From Oscillospiraceae bacterium (GTDB lineage Bacteria > Bacillota > Clostridia > Saccharofermentanales > Fastidiosipilaceae): 64,000 nt of DNA. Shown here piece by piece: positions 1 through 9,267 of the stretch. Positions within the stretch are counted from its first letter, which is position 1; every line of letters begins with the position of its first letter. The stretch is taken from NCBI GenBank assembly GCA_029983685.1, contig JASBZA010000005.1, positions 16,798 to 80,797 on the forward strand, read 5' to 3'. Both the position numbers and the translations under genes were made by a program. The notes under the pieces were generated by a model. The model saw only the letters and a list, made by a program, of their open reading frames with translations, was not told where the DNA came from and did no database searches.

Positions 1-699
1 AAAATAAATCCCGGTAATACCTGTATAAGACCAAAGATAGGATAGGGGCTCCGGCATGGGTTTAACCCGGACCGGACCATGGTAAACAAATTTTTTTATG
101 AAAGGATTATCACTAATTTCCGCAATATTAGCATAGGCCAAACCGGCCTCCCGGTAGATTTGCTGATTGCTTAAGGACGGCACGAAAAGGCCTGTTTCAT
201 CACGCTTTACCTCAAAGCTTAAGGGCTTAAGCTCCTCACTAATCCAAAGACTGGCTCGATAGAGGTCTTCTTTGGACGAGGATTCTAATGAAAGGCCCAA
301 ATTATCCGGCAAGGATAGGCGATGGTAAGTGTAGCCGAAGTTCAAATAATAAAGAGGGGTAATGACAGAAACAAATACAATTAAAACGATTAAAAAGTGA
401 CGTCCTAAGACTCTTCTATCCAGTCCTTTTATGAGGCGATAGAGGAGGCGAAAGAGGAAAAATAATAAAGTAGCCCCTCCTAGCAATATCAGGACAGCCA
501 GTAAAGAAATGGGAAAAAGCCGCACCAGATGTCTGGGCAGGAAAACTATTTTAGGGAAAAGCTCGCGTGCGTAAAGCTCTGCCCACTCAGGTTTCCTACG
601 GAAGAGATATAAAAACAAAAAAGATAGGCCTGGCAGAATGAGCCATAGAAAATAATACGGCAGAGGCTTGCCGAAAGCTGTCTTGCTCTTTTGATCCAT
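1..699 (-). CDS. Membrane protein, C-terminus cut by the window edge (DUF3810-like)
   Basis: Absent from the ORF track because there is no stop codon in the window. Hand translation from the ATG at 699 gives 233 open codons: MDQKSKTAFGKPLPYYFLWLILPGLSFLFLY...KPMPEPLSYLWSYTGITGIYF. There are about 3 N-terminal TM helices. The tail resembles DUF3810 proteins (assignment from memory). Confidence 0.5.
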   Translation of the reverse strand, partial: MDQKSKTAFGKPLPYYFLWLILPGLSFLFLYLFRRKPEWAELYARELFPKIVFLPRHLVRLFPISLLAVLILLGGATLLFFLFRLLYRLIKGLDRRVLGRHFLIVLIVFVSVITPLYYLNFGYTYHRLSLPDNLGLSLESSSKEDLYRASLWISEELKPLSFEVKRDETGLFVPSLSNQQIYREAGLAYANIAEISDNPFIKKFVYHGPVRVKPMPEPLSYLWSYTGITGIYF

Positions 700-780
700 A
701 GGGCCCTCCCGAAAAGTTTGAGGACTTCATTATACTAAAGTTTAGCGGCATGAGACCTAGCATAATAGGCCCGGTCCCTA

Positions 781-834
781 AATAAAACGACCGAAACCCG
801 GCAGAACGCATGTTCTAAGCCACGCCTCGGTCGT
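781..834 (-). terminator. Possible rho-independent terminator after sepF
   Basis: On the minus strand, ACGACCGA (834..827) pairs with TCGGTCGT (794..787). The long loop contains its own GAAC-ATGC-GTTC hairpin. The stem is followed by TTTTATTT. Confidence 0.35.
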
Positions 835-895
835 CTCTATGACTTAATAAACTACTTTTAATTAGACTTCGCTTAAATTTAGGCAAGTACTCCTA

Positions 896-1462
896 TTAAA
901 GAGCGTTTACCACATCACGAAGATTTTTGATTGAGCGGTCTTCTCTTTCCTCTTCCAAGCCCTGTTGTAACTGGATATGAACCGGTGTGATAGCAAAAAT
1001 CATGTCCGAGATAGGCATGACCTTGCCGCCCAAAGAAAAGGCCGATCCGGTTAGAAAGTCGATAATGCGCTGTGCTCTTCTGTTGTCCAAGTCTTCGAAA
1101 TTGCAGATGACAATACGGTCGGCCTTAAGCTCGTTGGCAATCTCTTGGCCATCCTCGATAGCGGTAGGTTTTACAATAACAACATATTGGCTGCCCAGAC
1201 GGTTGAAATCCAAAACCTTGGAGTCATCAAAAGTCATGTGGTCTTGGCCGGAAGTTTCCATGGTGAAGGTTTTACGTTCGTTAAACTTAGGCTCAACAGT
1301 CTTCATTGCCACGGGACGTCTTCTGGGAGAAGGAGCAACATAGGCCTCCTCAGCTAAGTCCTCGGTATCTAAAACTTGGTCCTCATCATCTATATAAGAG
1401 GACACATAGTCCTCGTCTTCATAATTGTTGAAAAATGCTTTTACATTATCAAATAGTTTCAT
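896..1462 (-). CDS. sepF: Cell division protein SepF
   Basis: The longest ORF is 896..1504. I start it at the internal ATG at 1462 (MKLFDNVKAFF, an amphipathic N-terminal helix typical of SepF, with a G-rich RBS upstream). The core ...VVIVKPTAIEDGQEIANELKADRIVICNFEDLD..AQRIIDFLTGSAFSLGG matches SepF/DUF552. It lies next to yggS. Confidence 0.85.
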   Translation of the reverse strand: MKLFDNVKAFFNNYEDEDYVSSYIDDEDQVLDTEDLAEEAYVAPSPRRRPVAMKTVEPKFNERKTFTMETSGQDHMTFDDSKVLDFNRLGSQYVVIVKPTAIEDGQEIANELKADRIVICNFEDLDNRRAQRIIDFLTGSAFSLGGKVMPISDMIFAITPVHIQLQQGLEEEREDRSIKNLRDVVNAL

Positions 1463-1652
1463 CAATAAGCCCCCCTGGTGTTTTTTCTTTGCTGTGATGT
1501 CCATTATAGATGTACAGTTTAACCCTTACAAGTCCACAACAGAGGGATAAAGGCATTTGTAATTGAATTGTAATATAGGTGACAGGCTGATTTTATAGGG
1601 GCTTCATCTATAAATTGTCGTTCTTAAGCGGACAGGTTCCGGGACCTATATT

Positions 1653-2462
1653 CTACTGGCCATGGACAGATAATTCAGGCGGACCCAAGATAGCGGTCCC
1701 CAGGCGGATATAGTCGGCCCCTTCTTCAATAGCGATTTCGAAATCATGGGTCATCCCCATCGATAAGTCGTTAAAAAGCAAAGCCTTCTCATCCGCTAAG
1801 AGGCCTTTACACCGGTCACGGAGCGCTCTTAAACCGCCGAAGGTTTCTCTAAGTCTTGTTTCATCCGCATCGGCTTCCGCCATGGTCATAAGTCCATTAA
1901 GCTTAAGGCCTTCCATATTGCTGATTTCGTCTAAATTTTTCCTTACATCCTCAGCTGTAAATCCGTGCTTACTGTCTTCACCCGTCACATTGACTTGGAG
2001 CAAGACAGACTCCTTGGTATCGTTGGCCAAAGCTCTTTTAGAGATTTCTTGGGCTAAACGTAAAGTGTTCACTGAATGAATCATTTGGCAGCGGCCGGAA
2101 ATATACTTCACCTTATTTCTTTGTAAGGTACCGATCATGTGCCAACGCACCTGCTCGTTTTGCTCGTCTATAAAATCCATCTTAGCGGTTAATTCTTGGA
2201 CACGATTTTCACCGAAGTCTCTGTAACCTTCTTGGGCCAAGAAAAGTGCGTCTTCCGGATCATGATATTTGGTAACAATAACAAGCGTGACACTGTCTCT
2301 GGGTCTGCCGGCCCTTTGGCAGGCTTTCTCTATCCTGTCTTCTACCTGTTGCAAATTTTTTCGAATTTGATTTTGTCTTTCCGGGCTTAGCACCTTTTCA
2401 CACTTCTTTCTATTTTCTAACTCTGATTTCTTACTCCAATTGGGTACCGGCCTTAACCGCAT
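1653..2462 (-). CDS. yggS: YggS/PLPBP family pyridoxal-phosphate-binding protein
   Basis: Motifs VTLVIVTKYH, FGENRVQE, WHMIGTLQRNKVKY and SMGMTHDFEIAIEEGADYIRLG. The first codons overlap the upstream gene by 32 nt, so the start is uncertain. A GTG at 2393 is an alternative start. Confidence 0.85.
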   Translation of the reverse strand: MRLRPVPNWSKKSELENRKKCEKVLSPERQNQIRKNLQQVEDRIEKACQRAGRPRDSVTLVIVTKYHDPEDALFLAQEGYRDFGENRVQELTAKMDFIDEQNEQVRWHMIGTLQRNKVKYISGRCQMIHSVNTLRLAQEISKRALANDTKESVLLQVNVTGEDSKHGFTAEDVRKNLDEISNMEGLKLNGLMTMAEADADETRLRETFGGLRALRDRCKGLLADEKALLFNDLSMGMTHDFEIAIEEGADYIRLGTAILGPPELSVHGQ

Positions 2463-3786
2463 CAGGATTCAAGATGATAATAGATCCGGCTTCTAATTCC
2501 TTTTCTACGCCCAAAGGAGAACTCACAATGGCATATTCACCGTCTTCTCTCAAGATATCTACAGGCTCTTCATAGACATATCCGCTTCGGAGCACCATAA
2601 CATTGGCTCTTTTGTCCCGGTCCTTGCCGCGTCCGATCAGTGCTTGGACGGGAATCTTCAGTCCTCGGTCCGACTCTAAAATGATTTCGGCCGGAAGCTT
2701 TCTATAGGTAATAAGAGATTCTAACTGTGACTTGGATCTAAAACTGAGCCACAGGAGATCGTCTTGTTTTTTAACCTGAATCAGCCGAGCATCATCCAAA
2801 CTGATACCCTGGTCCGGGAATACAATTTCATAAACTTCATCCAGCTCAAATCGACTGGGAGACACACCGTCCAGGATAATATGGATGTCCTGATTAATGG
2901 CTTGAACCAGGAAGGCAAATTCCTGGCCCTCCTTAACTTCCTGACCAGGCTCTTTTCCGGCAGGCTTAAACTCTTTTATCTGTTCTTCTACCTTCTTAGG
3001 ATCCAGCTTCAAGAAGTCTTCTGCTTTTACGGCCTTATTTTGGCCCGACACTTGGTAGGAAATAATTCCGCTGACCGGGGCATTTATAGCTGTTTCATAA
3101 GGGGCCAAAGCTTCTTTGGCCGCATCCAACTGATCGGAAAGTTCTTTTAAAGCTTCATCTCGATTGCCGAAGGACAAGAGGTCCTGGTTTCTGGACCTTA
3201 CCAAAACTTCCATCTTAAGGCCCAGACGATCCGTTTCCTGAAGATCGGATCCGCCTATCTGTCGGACCTGGCGTACCAGAGGTACCAGCCTCTGGTCGAT
3301 CTGGATAAAGGCACCCTTACCTTGGTCAAACTTACCTTCGTAAAGAAGGTCCAACTGCCGCTTAGACAGATTCTTTTCTGCTTCTTGTAAATTTTTTAGA
3401 AGGTCGCCGGCACGAGGTGAAATGACATCTCCGATATGGCCGCCCTTGCCAACCCTATTTCCGTCACTGATATTCTTAACCAGAAAGCCTCCGGCTGGAC
3501 TCTTCAAGGGCAACTCATCACGGACAATCAGAGCGTCCGCGGTATAGGTATTCTTAATAGAACCCTGCTGAACAACATAGAGCTTGGGATCCGGAGCCGT
3601 ACCTTCAATGATGAGTTTAATCATGACCAGGGTTAAGATCAACGTTACAAGCACGAAGAGCGCTAAAATCGTCAGCTGTCTCCGGTCTTGTTTCTTCTCT
3701 TGCCTGAGCATCTGAATATAAGGGGAAACCGGTCTTCTGGGACCGGGCTTATGCTTATGCGGCTTTTCTTTATATGACCTAGCCAT
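2431..3786 (-). CDS. HlyD-like membrane-fusion-type protein (N-terminal TM anchor, coiled coil, beta-barrel-like C-terminus)
   Basis: Basic N-terminus and one TM helix (LTILALFVLVTLILTLVMIKLII). A long heptad-rich segment follows (NLQEAEKNLSKRQLDLL..., LKELSDQLDAAKEAL), then APVSGIISY, which is typical of HlyD-type adaptors. There is no transporter partner next to it. Confidence 0.5.
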   Translation of the reverse strand: MARSYKEKPHKHKPGPRRPVSPYIQMLRQEKKQDRRQLTILALFVLVTLILTLVMIKLIIEGTAPDPKLYVVQQGSIKNTYTADALIVRDELPLKSPAGGFLVKNISDGNRVGKGGHIGDVISPRAGDLLKNLQEAEKNLSKRQLDLLYEGKFDQGKGAFIQIDQRLVPLVRQVRQIGGSDLQETDRLGLKMEVLVRSRNQDLLSFGNRDEALKELSDQLDAAKEALAPYETAINAPVSGIISYQVSGQNKAVKAEDFLKLDPKKVEEQIKEFKPAGKEPGQEVKEGQEFAFLVQAINQDIHIILDGVSPSRFELDEVYEIVFPDQGISLDDARLIQVKKQDDLLWLSFRSKSQLESLITYRKLPAEIILESDRGLKIPVQALIGRGKDRDKRANVMVLRSGYVYEEPVDILREDGEYAIVSSPLGVEKELEAGSIIILNPDAVKAGTQLE

Positions 3787-3787
3787 G

Positions 3788-5074
3788 CTAGTCCCTGTTT
3801 CCTTTCATTTTCTGGGCTGCGACCAAAGCGGCCAGCTTGATATTTTCATAAACAATACCGCCTTGCATATAAGCCTGATAGGGTGCACGTAAGGGGCCGT
3901 CGGCACTAAGCTCCATGGAAGAACCCTGGACAAAGGCACCTGCCGCCATAATGACTTCCGCCTCATAGCCCGGCATGGGTGCCGGAACAGGGCTGACAAA
4001 GGAGTCTACCGGTGAAACCTGCTGAATAGACTGGCAAAAATGAATCAGTTCTTCAGCCCGGGAAAATTCAATGACCTGAACGATATCGGAACGGATTTCT
4101 CTGGGACCGGGCGAGGTTTTATAGCCCAATTTTTCCAGAAGAGCGGCCGTAAAGACCAAACCCTGCAGGCACTCGGCTACGCTGTGCGGTGCCTGATAAA
4201 AGCCTTGGGCAATCTGTCGGCTGATTCCCATGGTAGGCCCTATCTCACTGCCTACTCCGGGCGCCGTCAAACGATATGCGGCCTTCTCAACTAAGTCGGC
4301 CCTACCGGCCACATAACCTCCGGTCTGAGCTAAACCGCCACCGGGGTTCTTAATAAGTGAACCGGCCATGATATCGGATCCGACATCGCCGGGCTCTCTG
4401 GTCTCCACAAACTCTCCGTAGCAATTATCTACGGCAACAATAATGGAAGGGTTAATAGAACGACAAACTTGCACAGCTCTTTCAATCTGCTCAATTGTTA
4501 TAGCCGGCCTATTCTTATAACCTCTGGACCTTTGAATCCATACCATCTTGGTATTAGGCTTGACATGGTCTTTAATATGGTCGAAATCAACGGTACCATC
4601 CGATAGGAGTTCCATCTGTCTACAACTTACGCCCAGATCTCTGAGACTGCCCATATCCGTGTCTGCAACCTCACCGTTTCCCAGCGTATCTTGCAAAGTA
4701 TCATAAAGCGTACCGGTAATGGACAAAAAATCATCCCCGGGTCTTAGAATACCAAACAAAATCAAAGCCAAGGCATGGGTCCCCGAGCTGATTTGCCAAC
4801 GCACCAGCGCCTTCTCGGTTCCCATTACCTTGGCATAAACTTCTTCCAACTTATCCCGGCCACGGTCATCATAACCGTAGCCCGAAGACCCGCCGAAGTC
4901 CGCTTCGGCCATATGAGCATCCTGAAAAGCCTTCAAAACCTTCAACTGATTGTGCTCACGGGTTAAACGAATCGTTTTGAAAACGTCTTGTAATTCTTCT
5001 TCTATACTTTGGCCCAGGGCCAAAATCTCCTCGGAAACATTCCAAGCATCGTATGCTGATTTATGGTCTATCAC
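3788..5074 (-). CDS. ynbB: Methionine gamma-lyase family protein (YnbB / 'aluminium resistance' family, PLP-dependent)
   Basis: FGGSSGYGYDDRGRDKLEEVYAKVMGTEKALVRWQISSGTHAL and later GSLIKNPGGGLA are characteristic of this family. Confidence 0.8.
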   Translation of the reverse strand: MIDHKSAYDAWNVSEEILALGQSIEEELQDVFKTIRLTREHNQLKVLKAFQDAHMAEADFGGSSGYGYDDRGRDKLEEVYAKVMGTEKALVRWQISSGTHALALILFGILRPGDDFLSITGTLYDTLQDTLGNGEVADTDMGSLRDLGVSCRQMELLSDGTVDFDHIKDHVKPNTKMVWIQRSRGYKNRPAITIEQIERAVQVCRSINPSIIVAVDNCYGEFVETREPGDVGSDIMAGSLIKNPGGGLAQTGGYVAGRADLVEKAAYRLTAPGVGSEIGPTMGISRQIAQGFYQAPHSVAECLQGLVFTAALLEKLGYKTSPGPREIRSDIVQVIEFSRAEELIHFCQSIQQVSPVDSFVSPVPAPMPGYEAEVIMAAGAFVQGSSMELSADGPLRAPYQAYMQGGIVYENIKLAALVAAQKMKGNRD

Positions 5075-5157
5075 TTCGTCTGCCTCAACTAACGTAAAGA
5101 ATATTCTAACGACTTTAGAGGTCTATTATAGCGATAGGCCCAATGGCAAATCAAGGC

Positions 5158-7308
5158 TTAGAGCTTCTTGGTAAGGAGGGCTCGTGTCGAGTTTAAGACG
5201 GCAAAAACCGTTACACCGACGTCGGCAAAAACCGCTTGCCACATGGTCGCTATTCCCAAAGCACCCAAGGTCAAGAAGACTAATTTGATACCCAAAGCCA
5301 GAACTATATTCTGCTTGGCAATGGAATTGGTCTTACGGGCGATTCTTTTGGCCGTGACGAGTTTGTCGATTTCATCGGTCATAATAACGATATCCGAAGC
5401 CTCAATAGCCGCATCCGAACCCAGGCCTCCCATGGCAATACCTACATCCGCTCGGGCCAACAAAGGTGCATCGTTAATACCGTCACCGACGGTCCCGATT
5501 TTTCCCTTACTGCTGCTTTGATGCTTGGCCTTCTCAATGGCTTCCAAGCGACTGACCTTATCTTGCGGTAAGAGCTCTGCGAAGACTTGGTCTACCCCCA
5601 GCTCTTCCCCGACCTTCTCCGAGATGATTTTATTGTCACCGGTCAAAATATACGTGTGCTTGATACCGACATTCTTCAGATCGGCGATGGCTTCTACGGC
5701 ACCTTCTTTGAGCTGATCGGCAATAACGACCGTCCCTTGGTAAATACCGTCCATGGCCACATGCACCTTAGTCCCGGCCCGGTCAATCGCAGTATACGGA
5801 ACATTAAATTGGTCCAGCAATTTGGTATTACCGGCCAAAATCTCAACCTGTCCTCTGTCAAGCTCTGCCACAACCCTTACACCCTTACCGGCAATCTCTT
5901 CCGTGTCTTTAATCTTTTTAGAATCCGGTCTTTGGCCATAGGACTTTAAGATAGCGTCAGCAATAGGGTGGGTGGAGTGGAGCTCGGCATAGGCGGCAAG
6001 TTCTAAGAGTTTTTCATCCGATGCAGCAGCTAGATCTTCGGCCGGAATGATTTCACTGACTTCAAATTGTCCCTTAGTCAGCGTACCGGTCTTATCAAAG
6101 ACCAAGGTATCGACCTGGTCTAAAGCTTCCAGATAGTTTCCGCCTTTGACCAGAATACCTCTCTTGGACGCTCCGCCGATACCGCCGAAAAAAGCCAGGG
6201 GGACCGAGACGACAAAGGCGCAAGGGCAGGAAATAACCAAGAAGACCAAGGCCCTGTAAAGCCAGTCGCTAAATACGGCACCGGGAATGATTAGAGTAGG
6301 CAAAACAGCCAGGCCCAAGGCAAAAAATACAACAAAAGGTGTGTAATAGCGGGCAAAGCGGCTAATCAAGTTTTCGGTCTGTGCCTTGTTCTCACCGGCA
6401 TTTTGTACCAAATCCAAGATACGGTTTACAGTCGATTCACCGAAAGGCTTATCAACTCGTACTTGCAAGAGGGCCTGACGGTTAATAGCGCCGCTTAATG
6501 CCATCTCTCCGGGCACGATGGATACAGGGACAGACTCGCCGGTCAGAGCAGACATGTCGAGACTGGAAGAGCCTTCGACAACTGTTCCGTCCAAAGGAAT
6601 TCTCTCGCCCGGCCTAACTCTTATAATTGAACCGACCTCTACGTCTTCAGCGGCAACTTCTTCTACCTCACCTGTTTCGTTATTCAAAACAAAAGCCACA
6701 TCGGGCCTAATTTCCATGAGGCTTTGGATAGAGCGGCGGGATTGACCCACGGCAATATCCTGGAAAAGCTCGCCCAGCAAGTAGAAAATCATAACGGCGA
6801 CAGCCTCACTGTACTGGCCGATGAAGAAAGCCCCTATGGTGGCTATGCTCATAAGGAAATATTCGGTAAAAACCTGACCTTTTCCGATCAGCTTGATGGC
6901 TTCCCAGATAACCGGAAGACCTGCTATAAGGTAGCTTACGATAAACAAGATTAGATTAACCGGTTTAGGAAAAGAAAAAGCCACGGCAACAATAAACAAG
7001 ATTAAACTGATGCCCAATCTTAAAATCGATTCACGCTGTTCCTCCCAGATGGTAGGGAATTGGGCCATAACCGGGCTTCTTTCATGAATCTTCTCAACTT
7101 CTACATCGGGCTCATACTTGTGAACAATATTACGAATCTGCTCTTCTGTGGGAGCCGATTTCGTCTCATCTTTTTGGGTAAGGTGCATTTCTTGGGTTAA
7201 GAGGTTCACAACCGCATCCCAACCCTCAATCGTTTTAGCCTCCGCCTCGATCTTTCCGGCGCAGGTCGGACAATCTAAACCCTTTAACTTATAGCTTTGG
7301 CGTTTCAT
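5158..7308 (-). CDS. cadA: Heavy-metal translocating P1B-type ATPase (Cd/Zn/Pb class)
   Basis: N-terminal HMA domain with GLDCPTCAGKIE. Also the TM6 CPC motif (ISCPCAFVVS), the DKTGTLT phosphorylation site, the GDGINDAP hinge, and FADVGVT in the last TM pair, as in ZntA/CadA. Confidence 0.9.
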   Translation of the reverse strand: MKRQSYKLKGLDCPTCAGKIEAEAKTIEGWDAVVNLLTQEMHLTQKDETKSAPTEEQIRNIVHKYEPDVEVEKIHERSPVMAQFPTIWEEQRESILRLGISLILFIVAVAFSFPKPVNLILFIVSYLIAGLPVIWEAIKLIGKGQVFTEYFLMSIATIGAFFIGQYSEAVAVMIFYLLGELFQDIAVGQSRRSIQSLMEIRPDVAFVLNNETGEVEEVAAEDVEVGSIIRVRPGERIPLDGTVVEGSSSLDMSALTGESVPVSIVPGEMALSGAINRQALLQVRVDKPFGESTVNRILDLVQNAGENKAQTENLISRFARYYTPFVVFFALGLAVLPTLIIPGAVFSDWLYRALVFLVISCPCAFVVSVPLAFFGGIGGASKRGILVKGGNYLEALDQVDTLVFDKTGTLTKGQFEVSEIIPAEDLAAASDEKLLELAAYAELHSTHPIADAILKSYGQRPDSKKIKDTEEIAGKGVRVVAELDRGQVEILAGNTKLLDQFNVPYTAIDRAGTKVHVAMDGIYQGTVVIADQLKEGAVEAIADLKNVGIKHTYILTGDNKIISEKVGEELGVDQVFAELLPQDKVSRLEAIEKAKHQSSSKGKIGTVGDGINDAPLLARADVGIAMGGLGSDAAIEASDIVIMTDEIDKLVTAKRIARKTNSIAKQNIVLALGIKLVFLTLGALGIATMWQAVFADVGVTVFAVLNSTRALLTKKL

Positions 7309-7326
7309 ATCCTCTCCTCCTGAAAT

Positions 7327-7689
7327 TTATTCGATAACGTGGGCAAAGCCCTGATCCAAAATCTTCTTGACATGGTCGTCGGCCAAAGAGTAATAGACGA
7401 CCCTGCCGTCTCTTCTATTCTTTACCAAAGAAACTTGTTTTAAAATTCGGAGCTGATGGGAAATAGCGGACTGGGTCATGTTGAGCAAATTGGCAATATC
7501 ACAGACACACATCTCGCTAAGATCCAGTGCATAAAGAATCTGCACCCGGGTTGTATCACTGAAAACTTTAAAAAGATCGGCCAAATCATAGAGGTGCTCT
7601 GCTTCCGGCATCTGATCTCGGACCTTATTCACCACATCTTCGTGAATAACCACATTGTCACAACGCTCTACAAAATTACTATCTATCAC
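7327..7689 (-). CDS. cadC: ArsR/SmtB family metalloregulator (CadC-like)
   Basis: The HTH region LFKVFSDTTRVQILYAL...EMCVCDIANLLNMTQSAISHQLRILK carries the CVC metal motif. The track ORF runs to 7761. However, an AGGAGG lies 7 nt upstream of the GTG at 7689, giving a typical 120-aa protein. It is 19 nt upstream of the ATPase gene. Confidence 0.85.
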   Translation of the reverse strand: MIDSNFVERCDNVVIHEDVVNKVRDQMPEAEHLYDLADLFKVFSDTTRVQILYALDLSEMCVCDIANLLNMTQSAISHQLRILKQVSLVKNRRDGRVVYYSLADDHVKKILDQGFAHVIE

Positions 7690-7738
7690 GAGGACTCCTC
7701 CTAATATTAAATACACTCGGTATGTTCCTTTAAACGTC

Positions 7739-7795
7739 TGAACATATGAGCAACCGTTCATATGAACATGATATCATAGGTACAAGACTTGTCAA
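7739..7795 (-). promoter_or_regulatory. Candidate cadC-cadA promoter with ArsR-type operator
   Basis: Minus strand: TTGACA (7795..7790), a 16-nt spacer, then TATCAT (7773..7768). Immediately downstream is the perfect 12-bp palindrome GTTCATATGAAC (7756..7767). A second CATATG-centred half-match follows (CTCATATGTTCAG, 7738..7750). TGAACA/TTCA half-sites resemble SmtB/CzrA operators. Confidence 0.45.
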
Positions 7796-7840
7796 GATAA
7801 GTGAAAATAGAAAGCTGTTTTATAAGCAACAAATACTATA

Positions 7841-8533
7841 ATGAAAGTCTATAAAAAAGTTTTAGAAAGTGGAATAATTACGATGCATAAAGGTCTCTCA
7901 AAACTATCTCAACCGTTAAAAGCTTTAATTTTCTTCTGGGCTATTTTTGCTCTGAGTGTTTTTCTGGTTTTGGCGCAAACATGGCTCTACCCTCTATTCT
8001 CCAAAGGGATTATGAACACACACAATCTAAGTCCCGATATTATCCAAAAGAACTACGAGATTCTTATTCGTTACAATCTAAATCCCCGACCTGTTTCTTT
8101 GGAGTTTATTGACCTTTCCATGTCTGAACACGGACGCATTCACTTTGAAGAAGTAAAGACAATCTTTCAAAGCATTATCTGGTCCGGACTTCTTGCATTA
8201 GCCCTATCTATTTTTTTCATTATACGGGCCGGGCGCAATAAAGAAAAACCTGCTTTCATCCCTCTGGGGGGCCTAATCTCCCTGATATTGCCGCTTCTTA
8301 TCGGTCTACTAATTGCCGTATTGGGCTTTGACCGGACCTTCATTATCTTTCATAAAATATTCTTCAACAACGACTATTGGATCTTTGATTCTGCTACGGA
8401 CCCTATAATAAACTATCTGCCACAGCCCTTTTTCTTTGCCATGGCCTTTAGCATTATCCTGACCTATCTTATTATTTATCTCTTACTTCGCCTGATTCTT
8501 TATCCACGCATGAAAGCCAAAGCTAAGCTATGA
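7841..8533 (+). CDS. TIGR01906/DUF1461-type integral membrane protein (Lit-like)
   Basis: N-terminal TM helix, an extracytoplasmic segment with ...FIDLSMSEHGRIHFEEVKTIF..., then 3-4 TM helices. This layout and the E-x-H-x-x-D/E-V motif recall DUF1461. The start could instead be the ATG at 7883. Confidence 0.55.
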   Translation: MKVYKKVLESGIITMHKGLSKLSQPLKALIFFWAIFALSVFLVLAQTWLYPLFSKGIMNTHNLSPDIIQKNYEILIRYNLNPRPVSLEFIDLSMSEHGRIHFEEVKTIFQSIIWSGLLALALSIFFIIRAGRNKEKPAFIPLGGLISLILPLLIGLLIAVLGFDRTFIIFHKIFFNNDYWIFDSATDPIINYLPQPFFFAMAFSIILTYLIIYLLLRLILYPRMKAKAKL

Positions 8534-9164
8534 TTTTGTCAGCCAAAAGGACCTGTGTGGGCAAGTAGAAAACCCATATAAAAGAACCGAATAAAGCACG
8601 GATATAACTTACGGGTAAGACATTAAATAAAGCGACGCAGATATCGCACGCACAGAACAATAGATAAGCTAGCGTCAGTTTCCGGTCTTTGGCCCTTATG
8701 GCCTCAACCGTATTAGTAATCAGAAAGAAGCCATATAAAACAGCCAAGCTGTTTAGTGTATTAAGAAAAAATAAAGCCAGGATAAAAAGCCCCATACTGA
8801 CCAAGCCTAGGCGAATAAAGTAACTACGCCCGACTTTTTTCTTTCGTTCTACCAGGCGGCAGCAGTGGACTCCGATAAAGAGAAAAACTCCCAAACTGTA
8901 ATAATTTGTAAAGAGTAAAAAATAGTCCGTAAGGATGGTGAGAAAAGCCGCCAGCTTCCACCAGGCTCTTCCCTCCCGGCCCAAAGTGATTTGGCTTATA
9001 AATAAGATAATAATTGCTATAAATTTTAGTATGGACGATAGGTTTCCATAAGGTAAAGATAAAAAGTCGATTAAAGCGAAGGCTATATAAAACAAAGCCA
9101 ATGCCAGGCAAATCCTATTCCAAAGATTCTGTTTATTGAAAGAGGGTTTGGCTGCTTTGTCCAT
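8523..9164 (-). CDS. Multi-pass membrane protein (possibly YhhN/lysoplasmalogenase-like)
   Basis: About 7 predicted TM helices. ...LTILTDYFLLFTNYYSLGVFLFIGVHCC... loosely resembles the YhhN signature. It overlaps the previous gene convergently by 11 nt. Confidence 0.4.
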   Translation of the reverse strand: MDKAAKPSFNKQNLWNRICLALALFYIAFALIDFLSLPYGNLSSILKFIAIIILFISQITLGREGRAWWKLAAFLTILTDYFLLFTNYYSLGVFLFIGVHCCRLVERKKKVGRSYFIRLGLVSMGLFILALFFLNTLNSLAVLYGFFLITNTVEAIRAKDRKLTLAYLLFCACDICVALFNVLPVSYIRALFGSFIWVFYLPTQVLLADKIIA

Positions 9165-9206
9165 AAGTCTGTTTCCAATGAAACCTTTCTAATTTCTAAC
9201 GGGCTA

Positions 9207-9245
9207 TATAAAATGAGCCATGCCCTCATAATAAAGGACATGGCT
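9207..9245 (-). terminator. Rho-independent terminator after htrA
   Basis: Minus-strand stem AGCCATGtCCT / AGGgCATGGCT (9216..9226 with 9235..9245), followed by a T-rich tract. Confidence 0.5.
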
Positions 9246-9267
9246 GTAAGTTATAACTTATGAAAGC

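Noticed and set aside
596-811. 71-aa minus-strand ORF in the track
   Set aside because: It overlaps, in another frame, the start of the much longer open frame 1..699, which has a membrane-protein sequence. It has no RBS and no recognisable motif.
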